A DNA stretch of 64,000 bases from positions 23,655-87,654 of the forward strand of contig CAWENF010000027.1 of the NCBI GenBank assembly GCA_963810275.1. The letters are read 5' to 3'. Under the pieces are notes generated by a model, which was given only the letters and a program-made list of their open reading frames with translations, was not told where the DNA came from and made no database searches. This stretch comes from an uncultured archaeon. Its GTDB lineage: Archaea; Thermoproteota; Bathyarchaeia; Bathyarchaeales; Bathycorpusculaceae. Positions 1 through 9,778 of this stretch are shown here, piece after piece (the first letter of the stretch is position 1; every line of letters starts with the position of its first letter). The position numbers and the translations under genes were made by a program.

Positions 1-381
1 GCATACGGAGAAAAAATGTGGGACGCATACGAGAACGCTGCTTTGGCGATGTTTGAGACCATGACTGACACAAGCAAAGTTGCGCATACCGTAGAGGAAG
101 ACTTTGAGGTGGAAGCCGAAGACCAGTATGCACTGCTGTATAACTGGCTGGAGACACTTTTGGTTAAGTCTGAAACTCAGGGCATGATGTACAGCCGGTT
201 TATAGTTGAACACTGGCAGGAGACCCCTGAGGGCTTCAAATTTGAAGCAAAAATTTTTGGAGAAAAATTTAACCCCAAAAAGCATCCACAGAAGGTAGGC
301 GTAAAGGCAATAACTTACCATTTGATGATGGTTATCCGCGAATCTGACAACGTGACTTTGGAGTTTATTCTGGATATATAG
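1..381 (+). CDS. Archease (tRNA splicing ligase cofactor), 5'-partial
   Basis: Frame is open from base 1 (AYGEKMWDAYENAALAMF). C-terminal VKAITYH and final LDI motifs are typical of archease. Confidence 0.9.
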   Translation, partial: AYGEKMWDAYENAALAMFETMTDTSKVAHTVEEDFEVEAEDQYALLYNWLETLLVKSETQGMMYSRFIVEHWQETPEGFKFEAKIFGEKFNPKKHPQKVGVKAITYHLMMVIRESDNVTLEFILDI

Positions 382-402
382 AAAAAAAAGAAGAAAAGTT
401 GT

Positions 403-1068
403 TTAGACGAGCCCTAATTTTTTGAGCTCCAGTATCATGTGGTCAACCATCGGGCCTGGCGGCTGATCGATGGATGTGGTCACATTCACGACAAAGGGTA
501 CACCTTTTTGTTTGTAGTAAGCTACTACCGGTTCGGTTTGGGTTTTGTAGACTTGAAGGCGGTTGCGGATAACATCTTCGTTGTCATCGGCGCGTTGGTA
601 GAGTTGGCCACCACATTTATCACAGACTCCTTCAACTTTGGGTTTTAAAAAACGTATGTTGTAGACTTCCCCGCAGTTTTTGCATATTCGACGTGATGTA
701 AGGCGTTCCACGATGATTTGGTCGGGCACTTCAAGCATCAAGATAACGTCGATTTTGGCAATGTTTTGTAGTTCTTCAGCCTGGGCTATTGTTCTTGGGA
801 ACCCATCGAGCAGAAAGCCTTTGCCCTCTGGGACTCTGCTGAGACGGTCTTTGAGGACTTCGACCACAACTTCGTCGGGTACAAGTGCGCCTTTTTCTAC
901 GTAGCTTCTGACTTTTCTTCCAAGTTCGCTGTCCTGTTTAACTGATTCACGGAAGATGTCGCCCATGGCAATTACGTCTACGCCAAGCTGGTTTTGCATC
1001 CTTGTAGAGTAGGTGCCTTTACCTGCGCCTGGCGCTCCAAAGATAATAGCGTTCAAACTCTGATTCAC
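403..1068 (-). CDS. adk: Adenylate kinase (long LID, Zn-binding type)
   Basis: GAPGAGKGT P-loop, GFLLDGFPRT, LID CKNC...CDKC, RADDNE. Confidence 0.95.
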   Translation of the reverse strand: MNQSLNAIIFGAPGAGKGTYSTRMQNQLGVDVIAMGDIFRESVKQDSELGRKVRSYVEKGALVPDEVVVEVLKDRLSRVPEGKGFLLDGFPRTIAQAEELQNIAKIDVILMLEVPDQIIVERLTSRRICKNCGEVYNIRFLKPKVEGVCDKCGGQLYQRADDNEDVIRNRLQVYKTQTEPVVAYYKQKGVPFVVNVTTSIDQPPGPMVDHMILELKKLGLV

Positions 1069-1487
1069 CTGTTAGATTGTCACATGTTACGATGGAATCG
1101 ATAATTAAGGTTTGTCGTGTTAGGCATGGTTAGGTTTCGTTTTTTGTTTTGTTGTGGTTGTGATATGCCTATTTTTTTGCGACATGGCTATTTTTCTTGG
1201 TCTGATAGGTTGTGCTGGATTCTATTTCCTATCACACTCTACCATAGGAACAATCGCTGTACTTGTGCTGTGTATAGGACCACCTATAATACATCATATT
1301 GAAGGGAGCATACTTTTGTTTTTATACCATAAAAAGAAAAAGACCCTTATTGTCCATCTTTTTGGCTTTTGGCAGCACAGTACGTTTTGACGTCAGAGTC
1401 TGTTTTAGTTTGCTTGCTGGTTGTAGTTTTTGCTTGGGCAGAACAACATTTTAGTGCCTAAAAACCCAATTACCTTCTGAACCTTTC

Positions 1488-2324
1488 ATGCCGACCCCCC
1501 GATACCACATCTACATAGAATATGTCGAACCCGATAAATCCGGTTATCGCTTCAACCTAACACGGGAAGAACTTCAACGCACCTTTGCTGAACCTTATAC
1601 GCAAGGAAAAACCTTCTGGCTCCAAGGAAAACTCCTAAACCCCGCCAAAGTCCAAAAAGCACTGATTTTCTGGTCCTATAGTTCGGCAGACAAACTATTC
1701 CTGCCCAACCATGAGTATCTTTTGCTTGCCAAAGACAAAAAAGCCGTTGCAGATGCCGTGGAATGCAGCAAAGTAAAGGGCGCTTATGTTTGCACAGAAA
1801 AATACATTCCTCATACCTGTAAAGTAGCTGCAGAGACTGGGACGATTATGCCCGTTTCTGCTCGGCGCAGGGTAATTGTCGCCTGCGGTTCCGATGAGCA
1901 AATGAAAACCTTTCTCACTGAGGCTTTGGTAAAGCTCCGCCTGACGCCCGTGGTGCTCTGCGAGGAACCAGGACACGGCAGAAAATTTGTCACCAGTTTT
2001 GGCGATTATGCTGATGTAGCGTTTGCAGTGGTAATGTTGTCGCCTGATGACTACGTGTATTCTAAGATTGAAGAACCCACTAAGCGCAAACTCAAAGCAA
2101 GTCAGGCTGTGGTTTTTGAGTTAGGATTTTTGCTCGGCAAGCTTGGCAGGGAACGGGTGCTTGTGCTGTTTCGTGAATCTGAGAAGGGGGAATTTGATGT
2201 GAGCCTGGATTTCGAAGGCATAATAGCCACTCCGTTTGATGACCGCGACAGCTGGAAAATTGCACTCATACGCGAACTTACAAACTGCGGTTACATAATT
2301 GAGGGCGACAGAATCCTAAAATAA
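1488..2324 (+). CDS. TIR-like nucleotide-binding domain protein (CAP12/Pycsar-type TIR) with unknown N-terminal domain
   Basis: C-terminal half has FAVVMLSPDD and QAVVFELGFLLGKLGRERV, characteristic of the PF10137-type TIR domain. The putative catalytic Glu is retained. Confidence 0.8.
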   Translation: MPTPRYHIYIEYVEPDKSGYRFNLTREELQRTFAEPYTQGKTFWLQGKLLNPAKVQKALIFWSYSSADKLFLPNHEYLLLAKDKKAVADAVECSKVKGAYVCTEKYIPHTCKVAAETGTIMPVSARRRVIVACGSDEQMKTFLTEALVKLRLTPVVLCEEPGHGRKFVTSFGDYADVAFAVVMLSPDDYVYSKIEEPTKRKLKASQAVVFELGFLLGKLGRERVLVLFRESEKGEFDVSLDFEGIIATPFDDRDSWKIALIRELTNCGYIIEGDRILK

Positions 2325-2357
2325 GTCTTATCTGTTTTCTGATAGCACCAGTCGTTT

Positions 2358-2460
2358 GCGGTTGTAGTCTAGCTCGGTAGGACTCCAGCTTCCCAAACTC
2401 AGGTCTCGGAAACTTTGGTGGAAAAAGCTGGCTACCCGGGTTCAAATCCCGGCAACCGCA
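2358..2460 (+). tRNA. tRNA-Gly(CCC) with ~30-nt intron at canonical position 37/38 (approx. 2396-2425)
   Basis: Acceptor stem GCGGTTG/CAACCGC+A, D-arm, anticodon stem CCAGC/GCTGG with loop TT-CCC-A interrupted by an insert, T-arm CCGGG-TTCAAAT-CCCGG. Confidence 0.92.
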
Positions 2461-2740
2461 CTCCTTCTTACTTTCTCCTCTTAATGATGTTTAGGTTTGT
2501 AAGCAAGAGTAGCCAGATTCATATAGTATTTTGGATAAAACTATACGTAACTGGTTCTTAATCGAGCCATAAAAAAGTTTTACTAAGCGGATTTAGCTTT
2601 GTGTTATCAAAGTAGTGACCCTCGTTAACACCCAAACCCGCCTAACTTGTTGGCTATCCATAAATACTAACTGCTACTCCTTTTGACATACGCGCATGTT
2701 GGCATAACCGTATAACAACATACCGCTGCATGGGTTCTTG

Positions 2741-4531
2741 CTACTGGTTGCTCTTCTGGTCTTCTAAAATCGCGTGAAGCCCAACGCGGTAAACTCGCCA
2801 AATATCCTGTCTTGTCACGATGCCCACCAATTGCTTTTCATTGAAGCGGTGCACCACGGGGAGTCTGCCAATCTCGTTGCCCGTCAACTTCTCCATAACG
2901 TCTGAGAGGTTCTCCCCGGGGTACGTGACCACGGGGTTCTTGGTCATAATTTCTCCAATGGTTATTTTGCCTCTGTCATCAGGGTCAACTCCTAGCACGT
3001 CGTGTATGGCAACTATGCCGACAAGTTCGTCTTGATGGTTGATAACCGGTAACCCGTGGACTTTTTTCTGTTGCATAACTTCTGCGGCTTCAGAAACCAG
3101 CTGTTCAGGATAGATGGTGGTTACTTTTTTGCTCATTGCGTCCTGCACGTAAATTTGCTCAAGCAAGGGCAGGGTGTATTCTTCCCGGTGTGCTGGCGAG
3201 TCGCTGCGGTTAGGCAGTTGACTCTTGTAGATGGTTCGGCGGGTTGTTACAACGTATGCTATTGCGACCGCAATCATAGAGGGCACTAGTAACGTGTATG
3301 ACCCTGTCATTTCGCTTGCCATCAAAATCACTGCAACGGGCACTTTACCGACTCCGCCAAAAAACGCCATCATACCTACAATGACAAACACTGCAATGTT
3401 GAGGTTTGCGTCGGGCAGGAAATAGTTAAGAATCGACCATAGTAGTGCGCCTACCATGCCGCCTATTACCAGCGCTGGACCGAAAACTCCTCCGCTTCCT
3501 CCGGAACCGATGGTAAGCGAGGTTGCCACGATTTTCAATCCTATGATAATTGGTAGCATGAACAGCGGTAGATAAGTAAAGTTGCCGTCTATCAAAAGCT
3601 GTAGCCAACCATACCCGACGCCGAGCACCTGGGGGAAAAAGACGCCAATCAAGCCAACTGCTAAGCCGCCAATGGCGGGTTTAACGTAGTTGGGGATTTT
3701 TAATTTCAGAAATACATCTCTTATTCCATAGAAGCTCATTACGTAAATGATTCCAACTAAGCCGCAAGCAACACCCAAAAGAGCAAAGAATGGCAACTGG
3801 AGAGGATCTTGAAGGAAACCAAAGTTGTAGGTGCCAAAGAGTGGCGTCCAACCATTTACTAAGCCGAAAATGCTGTAGCCTACTGTTGAGGCTATGAATC
3901 CGGGTAAGAGGGCGTCAACTTCAAAGTCAGCTATGTAGAGAATTTCAGCCGCCAAAATTGCTCCGCCAAAAGGTGCTTTGAAGATGGCTCCGATGCCTGC
4001 GCCGATGCCTACTGCTAAAGCGATGCGTCGGTCACGTTGGCTCAGCTTAAGCTGTTTGCCGATGAAGGAGCCGAAGCCTGCGCCGATTTGGGCGGTTGGG
4101 CCTTCTCTGCCTGCGCTGCCTCCTGACCCAATGGTTATGGCGGAGGCTACTAGTTTTATGATTGGGGTTCGGCTGCGGATTTCGCCTTTTTTATTATGGA
4201 ACGCATCGATTGCTGCGTCGGTTCCATGTCCTTCCGCTTCAGGCGCTAACCCGAAAACGATTATGCCGCTTAACAAGCCGCCAAGCATGGTTACGATGGG
4301 TAGCAAATACGGGCTCAAGATTGCGGTTGGCATAATTGCGCCTTCGCCAAATGGCGTCGGAGGATAATAGCCCGCTACCCCTCCAAGTAGCGCTCCGCTG
4401 ACGAGGCTGATGGCTGCGTCGAAAACGATTGCGCCTACCCCGCTGACGACGCCGATGAGGATGGCTATAGGTATCCATTTTCTTAGGTATCGGAGTTCTC
4501 CTGAAAAAAGGATAGATTTACCTATGCCCAC
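2741..4531 (-). CDS. ClC-family chloride channel / Cl-/H+ antiporter with tandem CBS domains
   Basis: GSAGREGP gating motif, GGSGGVFGP, many TM segments, two C-terminal CBS domains. Confidence 0.93.
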   Translation of the reverse strand: MGIGKSILFSGELRYLRKWIPIAILIGVVSGVGAIVFDAAISLVSGALLGGVAGYYPPTPFGEGAIMPTAILSPYLLPIVTMLGGLLSGIIVFGLAPEAEGHGTDAAIDAFHNKKGEIRSRTPIIKLVASAITIGSGGSAGREGPTAQIGAGFGSFIGKQLKLSQRDRRIALAVGIGAGIGAIFKAPFGGAILAAEILYIADFEVDALLPGFIASTVGYSIFGLVNGWTPLFGTYNFGFLQDPLQLPFFALLGVACGLVGIIYVMSFYGIRDVFLKLKIPNYVKPAIGGLAVGLIGVFFPQVLGVGYGWLQLLIDGNFTYLPLFMLPIIIGLKIVATSLTIGSGGSGGVFGPALVIGGMVGALLWSILNYFLPDANLNIAVFVIVGMMAFFGGVGKVPVAVILMASEMTGSYTLLVPSMIAVAIAYVVTTRRTIYKSQLPNRSDSPAHREEYTLPLLEQIYVQDAMSKKVTTIYPEQLVSEAAEVMQQKKVHGLPVINHQDELVGIVAIHDVLGVDPDDRGKITIGEIMTKNPVVTYPGENLSDVMEKLTGNEIGRLPVVHRFNEKQLVGIVTRQDIWRVYRVGLHAILEDQKSNQ

Positions 4532-4811
4532 TTCAACGTCAGGGTCCTGTATATAGATGAAAACCTCTGATGTGGGGCTTTCAGTGTTTGTTGTATAGCG
4601 TTGCGGCGGTTAAAATGTAGCATCGTGTTACATCGTTTTTAGGGTTTTATCGTTATTTAAATTAAAGGTTTCCCAACGTAAACCGCGTTTTATTGGGGTT
4701 TTTTGGTTGGCTGACTAGAAAAATAGCGAAAAGGGTGGAATTCAGCTGTTTAGCTGAATAATACCTGCAAGCTCTCCTTTTTACCACTAGACCGTGCAGT
4801 AGCTTTCCTCA

Positions 4812-6002
4812 TTAGCTTCTGCTTCTTTTTTTGGGTCTTTTAGCGTTAAGCAAAAACAGCACCACCAAAAACGCACAGACCAACCCCGCAGTCAAGAATA
4901 CCCCTGCAAAGCTAAACGCCGAGAACACTGGGTTAAAGATTATTGGTGGCAGAAACTGTCCAAGGAACAAGAACATGGTGAGGAAAGACACCATTCTGCC
5001 CCGTGCGTAGGTGTCAGAGAGTTCGCCAACCCACAAGTTTAGCGTTGGCATAAGCATCCCTTGTCCCACTCCAAACAGAACGACGGTCAGAACAACTGGC
5101 AGTATCTGGACGAATTGTGATAAAACCACAAAACCAGCAGCCCATAAACTAAGCGCTATGATGGCAATTGTGTTGTGTGAAAACTTGGCTTTCACTTTTT
5201 TGTACATGAACGCGCTTAGGGTTGCTGCGATGCCCATTACGCTAATGAATAGGCTTATGAAAAATGTGTTGTTCACGCCAAACCCTTGCGCCACTAACTG
5301 AGGCACAAACGTGACGTTGGTGTATAGCATAGCCATCAACCATAACCCCAACCCATAAATTGCTAAGATGAATGGTTGGCGTTTAATCCCTTGCACAACT
5401 GATACACCTCCGGCGGGCTTGGTTTGGGAGGCAATTTTGGTTTTTTCGACATCGGGTACGAATAGTAACGCCAGTAAACCAAGTGGAATACCCATAAGGT
5501 AGATGCCAAACGGCAGATTCCATGCTAACATCCCCAATGCTCCCCCTATAAGCGGCCAAATTACCCCGCCAAGAGATGCTGAGCTAGCTTGCCAGCCCAT
5601 CACCTTGTTACATTCTTCGCCTCTGTATGCGTTTAGAATAAGCACTATGAGTGTGTTAGCGATTGCCGCTACTGCAATTCCCAGAAACACGCGGCTGATT
5701 ATCATGGTGGTTATGTCAGTGATGAATAGTCCAGCGGCGCCGGCGACGCCGTAGAGCAGTAGTCCAAACGTGAAGGGTTTTTTCGGTCCAATTTTATCGA
5801 TTAGGCTTCCGAAGATGGGGCTAAAAATTGCGATGAAGAGTGCGTGGATGGTTAACACAAATCGGATGTTGTTTTCATCTGCACCAGCCAAGTTGCCCTG
5901 CATTAACGCGATAACCGGCGAAATGATTGCGCCTGCCATGACCGCTAAGGTGCCGGCTGCTAAAATTATGAATAGGGTTTTTCTGTTAATTGTTTGACTC
6001 AT
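4812..6002 (-). CDS. MFS transporter (drug/H+ antiporter-like)
   Basis: About 12 hydrophobic segments, motif A-like GSLIDKIGPKK, overlaps the upstream MarR gene. Confidence 0.9.
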   Translation of the reverse strand: MSQTINRKTLFIILAAGTLAVMAGAIISPVIALMQGNLAGADENNIRFVLTIHALFIAIFSPIFGSLIDKIGPKKPFTFGLLLYGVAGAAGLFITDITTMIISRVFLGIAVAAIANTLIVLILNAYRGEECNKVMGWQASSASLGGVIWPLIGGALGMLAWNLPFGIYLMGIPLGLLALLFVPDVEKTKIASQTKPAGGVSVVQGIKRQPFILAIYGLGLWLMAMLYTNVTFVPQLVAQGFGVNNTFFISLFISVMGIAATLSAFMYKKVKAKFSHNTIAIIALSLWAAGFVVLSQFVQILPVVLTVVLFGVGQGMLMPTLNLWVGELSDTYARGRMVSFLTMFLFLGQFLPPIIFNPVFSAFSFAGVFLTAGLVCAFLVVLFLLNAKRPKKRSRS

Positions 6003-6444
6003 GGGTCGTGCCTTTGGCTTTTTTGTTTTGGGCTAAAATGTTTCGCTCAAGCTTCTCTAGTAGCGTTACGACTGATGCTTTTTCTTCCTCGGTTAAGCCT
6101 TCGGAAAGTATGACGTTGAGTTGCTGGAGAATGCTGTATAGTTTGTGTTCTATGCTGCGTCCTTTTTTGGTTAGGTATATTTTGTAGGCTCGGTTGTCGG
6201 TTTGGTCTTTTTTGCGGGTTACATAACCTTCTTTGACTAGTTTTGCGATTGCTCGGGCAGTGGTAGATTTGTCAACATTGGACGCTGCTGTGAGGGTTTC
6301 TTGGTTTACGCCGTCTTTGTTTAGGAGTGCTGTGAGAAAGGAGACTTGGGCTGTTCCGATTCCATAGGGTTTGAGTTCTTTGTCTATGTGGGTGCTTATG
6401 TTTTGGTAGATTATGGAGATTAGTCTGCCGAAGGATTGTATCAT
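5986..6444 (-). CDS. MarR family transcriptional regulator
   Basis: wHTH VDKSTTARAIAKLVKEGYVTR..DNR...LTKKG. Start placed at the ATG at 6444; the track's upstream start lies inside the operator. Confidence 0.9.
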   Translation of the reverse strand: MIQSFGRLISIIYQNISTHIDKELKPYGIGTAQVSFLTALLNKDGVNQETLTAASNVDKSTTARAIAKLVKEGYVTRKKDQTDNRAYKIYLTKKGRSIEHKLYSILQQLNVILSEGLTEEEKASVVTLLEKLERNILAQNKKAKGTTHESNN

Positions 6445-6464
6445 TAGGTTTTCTCCAGAATATG

Positions 6465-6513
6465 GTTGCGTATGCAACTATCTATATAGAGTAATAAAGG
6501 TTGAGTACGCAAC
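6465..6513. promoter_or_regulatory. Two MarR-type inverted-repeat operators flanking a TATA-like element
   Basis: GTTGC-GTAT-GCAAC (6465-6478) and GTTGA-GTAC-GCAAC (6500-6513) on either side of TCTATATAGA, directly upstream of marR. Confidence 0.7.
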
Positions 6514-6627
6514 TAATTAATTGAGATGAAAAACTAACACTCAACAGTTCCGTAACCATATCTTCTCATAACCGATACCATAGCGCAGATTGTAAAACAT
6601 TAAAGCAACGGTAGCTTCATTTGATAG

Positions 6628-7011
6628 GTGATTTTAATGAAATATGTAAGTCTCTACACTGACGGCAAAGGCGAAACCCACTTCAAAAACGTCGACGCCG
6701 CCTTCAAGCAAGTCAACTTCGCACCTCCCGCACCGCCCGTCGGCTTAACCGAATTCGTGAACGCCGACAAAATCGTGTTTTTCCAAATACCCTCCGGCTG
6801 GTTTGGCAATTGGCATCCCGCCCCTAAAACCCAGTTTTTCTGCTGCCTCAAAGGCGAAGTGGAGCTCACCGCAGGTGACGGTGAAGTGCGGCGGTTCAAG
6901 GCAGGTAATGTGTTCCTTTTAGAAGATACTTCTGGAAAAGGTCATACAACTCGGGTTATTGGCGAGGCGGCGTTTGAGGCTGCGGTTGTGCAACTATCCA
7001 CAGAAATCTAA
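6628..7011 (+). CDS. Cupin-fold protein
   Basis: WHPAP...LKGEVELTAGDGEVRRF.AG...LEDTSGKGH cupin motifs. Confidence 0.85.
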   Translation: MILMKYVSLYTDGKGETHFKNVDAAFKQVNFAPPAPPVGLTEFVNADKIVFFQIPSGWFGNWHPAPKTQFFCCLKGEVELTAGDGEVRRFKAGNVFLLEDTSGKGHTTRVIGEAAFEAAVVQLSTEI

Positions 7012-7074
7012 CCACTTCCTGGTTTGGGAATTAGTTTTTAACCCACTATTACCAATCATTTTTGGGGGATAGTT

Positions 7075-7437
7075 GTGACAGTTTTCATCGTAAGAACTTA
7101 CATAGTAAAACCCGACAAACTCCAAGAGCATCTTGATTGGGGTAAAAAACTGGTTAAACTCATGAAAAAGCAACCTGGACTTTTTGGCGAGGTGCTCTCA
7201 ATGCAGGTTTTAAGCCACAAATATGGTGGATGCGTCGGCGGCTTCACTGCTATGTGGAAATTCAAGACTTTTGCGGATTCCGAGAAATGGGTACATGGCT
7301 TCTCAGCGGTTAAAGAGGAGATAGATTTGCGCAGCGAATTCCTTTCCCTTATCGTGCTAGGTTCCTACAGCGAATGCATCTGGGAGTCTGTCTGCACAAT
7401 TAATAAGAAGCCGAAAAGGTGCAAACCCAAAAAGTAA
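7075..7437 (+). CDS. Hypothetical protein, possibly dimeric alpha/beta-barrel (NIPSNAP-like)
   Basis: N-terminal VRTYIVKPDK and WKF..FAD pattern; SD-like GGGGG upstream. Confidence 0.55.
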   Translation: MTVFIVRTYIVKPDKLQEHLDWGKKLVKLMKKQPGLFGEVLSMQVLSHKYGGCVGGFTAMWKFKTFADSEKWVHGFSAVKEEIDLRSEFLSLIVLGSYSECIWESVCTINKKPKRCKPKK

Positions 7438-7457
7438 CCCTATCCCTTTATGTTGGG

Positions 7458-9761
7458 TTACGTTTGAACTACCCTGAAAACCACATAGCGGTCATTCGAG
7501 TATACCATCTGAAGGATTTTGTTGTGTATCATCTGGGGATCTAACTCGTTTTTGTCGTATACTATGAAGCCAATGCCATACTCTTTGATGTAGCTGTTAA
7601 AGTCACGGGCGGTAACATAGAACGCATCAAATTGCTTATCGAAGAGTCCCTGCAAACTTTCTGGCTGCAGACTAGGATAGCGGGATTGACTTAAAGTCAG
7701 CACCTCATATGATCTCGAAGCAGTCTCACCCACTGCTACATCTCCTAAGTCGTAAACCAACCGTATAGCGTCGATTTGGCGGTTGCCCAACGCCCCAATG
7801 TTTCCCCACACTGGCAACTCATCAAACTTAAATGCATATCCTGTCTCGTATCCCTCATCGTATAAGCCTAAGAAGTGGCTTTCTGCAAGGTCGTCGCCCG
7901 CAAAGGACACCACCGTCCAAGTGTCATCGCTGGTTTGAATCTGGCTGGGAGCATCCCACGGGTTAACCCAGTCCAGCAAGCCAGGGATTTCGGCTTTGTC
8001 AAAATGGAACTGCAAGTTAAAGTTCGTAGTCAAATACAGGGTGGTGTTAACAACTTGGCTTTTTAGCGGGGTTAATGTCCACTCTACGTTGAAGGGGTAA
8101 CCGGTGTTATGGAAGGTGACTGTTTTGGTTAGGACGATTTCGTCGTTTGATAAAACTAACGTCATGTTTTTAGGTGACGTGTCCGCTTGAAAAATGATTT
8201 CTTTGTTCAGCTCGTTTAATCTGATCTCATGTTCCACGCCGTTCACAGTGTATAATACGGAGTTGCCTGAACCAATCGAGGAACTAACTCTCGTCCAAAT
8301 ATCATTTAACGACACATACTCCTCGTCTAAGGTATCGCCTTTAGCTTGGTAAGCTTTGACCATCGTCTGCGAGTGCTCCAACTCATAAGACAACGTCAAC
8401 ACAGCCTCCGCGACTTCCATACGCTGCACCGCAAGATCAGTCTGCGCCGTCACGTTTTTGCCAGAGAACACTTGCAGCCAGAAACCCGGAACCTCTGTGC
8501 AAGTCACATTTATCTGCTCAGGATAGTTCTCTTTAAGCCAGACACCCGCATCAAGGGCTTTTAAGTCGGTGGTAGAGTAGTAAACCCCCGCCTCATTAAT
8601 CTGCTCATACATCGAGTCGGCGCGCACAGCAACCACCGCAAACAACCCTACAACAAGCGCAACTGCGATGGCTTTAACCCAAAGTTTCCTGAAAACCGCC
8701 CTGTTCTTGAGGTAATACGCCGATGCCTTATCCCAAGCAAACACCAGTGTGGCAGCCGCCAGAATCGCAATTGGCGGCGTCATGTAATAGATGAACCAGC
8801 TAAACGGCATATAGAAGCCGACGAGGTAGGATTCGGCGAAAAAGAATGGCACAAACAAGGCCAGCGCCAGAATCAGCCAGTAAAGCACCTTCTTCTCTTT
8901 CTTAAGCACATAGAACGAGACACCGACTCCTGCCAACGCCGCAAAAAACACGAAGCCAAAGTTAGTCATAATAGCGGTAAAGCCAGAATAGGGAATCTGG
9001 TACGCATAGGTTTTCACGGCGAAAAACACGTACTCTATAACCACATCGAGATAAGCGAAGAGTGCTTGGAAATAGTAGAGGAAAAATGCTATACCCCCGC
9101 CCAACGCTATGGCTATGACTACTTTGAGGTTTTTGCCCTTTGACTTTATGAGCATAAAGAGTAGTACAGGCGGCAAAATAAACACCGCAAGAAACGTCGC
9201 TAATTGATGTGACAGCACCAACCCAAACGCTGCCAAAAAAGCCACCACAAGGTAGCCCATCTTATCCACAGCCAATGGCGTATACAGTAGCACTAGCAAG
9301 GTGAACCCCAACGCCAAAACCGTAGTGTAGCCGCCAAACTGGTTAGCTTCGAACACAGGAAAACACATCAACAAAACAACAGCAGCTGTGGCTCCGACTT
9401 TCTTGTTGAAGAAGCGGCTGCCTACGAGATAAACCGACATGAATAGCATCCAATCAATGACAGCTGTTAATGCTCTGAGTAGGAAGATGTATTCGCCTAT
9501 GTTGGATGCGCCTGTTAAGGCGATGGCTACGGCGAGGAAAATCTGGTAAAGCGGTGGTGTCCAGCCCAGATTTGCCAGAGAAATATAATGGGTGTTTAGA
9601 TAAATATTGGCTTTCTCAAGGTGCACGGCGGGGTCGTTGCCTAAAACTACGCCGTTCATGGATATTACGCTGTAGAACCCAATTAGGATGACGACTGAGA
9701 AAACCGCTATGAAACCGACTTCAAGTTGTTTCTCTTTAGACCACTCGTTTAATACCGAGAT
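7458..9761 (-). CDS. Large multi-pass membrane protein, GT-C/PMT-like glycosyltransferase fold with extracytoplasmic C-domain
   Basis: GNDPAVH loop after TM1, WTPPLY, LSHQL, about 12 TMs. The frame is open 34 codons upstream of the ATG at 9659 and encodes an extra TM, so the start is uncertain (ATC at 9761, or GTG with an indel). Confidence 0.7.
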   Translation of the reverse strand: MSVLNEWSKEKQLEVGFIAVFSVVILIGFYSVISMNGVVLGNDPAVHLEKANIYLNTHYISLANLGWTPPLYQIFLAVAIALTGASNIGEYIFLLRALTAVIDWMLFMSVYLVGSRFFNKKVGATAAVVLLMCFPVFEANQFGGYTTVLALGFTLLVLLYTPLAVDKMGYLVVAFLAAFGLVLSHQLATFLAVFILPPVLLFMLIKSKGKNLKVVIAIALGGGIAFFLYYFQALFAYLDVVIEYVFFAVKTYAYQIPYSGFTAIMTNFGFVFFAALAGVGVSFYVLKKEKKVLYWLILALALFVPFFFAESYLVGFYMPFSWFIYYMTPPIAILAAATLVFAWDKASAYYLKNRAVFRKLWVKAIAVALVVGLFAVVAVRADSMYEQINEAGVYYSTTDLKALDAGVWLKENYPEQINVTCTEVPGFWLQVFSGKNVTAQTDLAVQRMEVAEAVLTLSYELEHSQTMVKAYQAKGDTLDEEYVSLNDIWTRVSSSIGSGNSVLYTVNGVEHEIRLNELNKEIIFQADTSPKNMTLVLSNDEIVLTKTVTFHNTGYPFNVEWTLTPLKSQVVNTTLYLTTNFNLQFHFDKAEIPGLLDWVNPWDAPSQIQTSDDTWTVVSFAGDDLAESHFLGLYDEGYETGYAFKFDELPVWGNIGALGNRQIDAIRLVYDLGDVAVGETASRSYEVLTLSQSRYPSLQPESLQGLFDKQFDAFYVTARDFNSYIKEYGIGFIVYDKNELDPQMIHNKILQMVYSNDRYVVFRVVQT

Positions 9762-9778
9762 CCCTCACCCCTTTGAGG

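Noticed and set aside
4532-4811. Fluoride riboswitch upstream of the ClC gene
   Set aside because: No GATGG...CTRATG consensus found, and the protein has GSAGREGP rather than the Fluc/CLC-F GNNLI/GREGT signatures.
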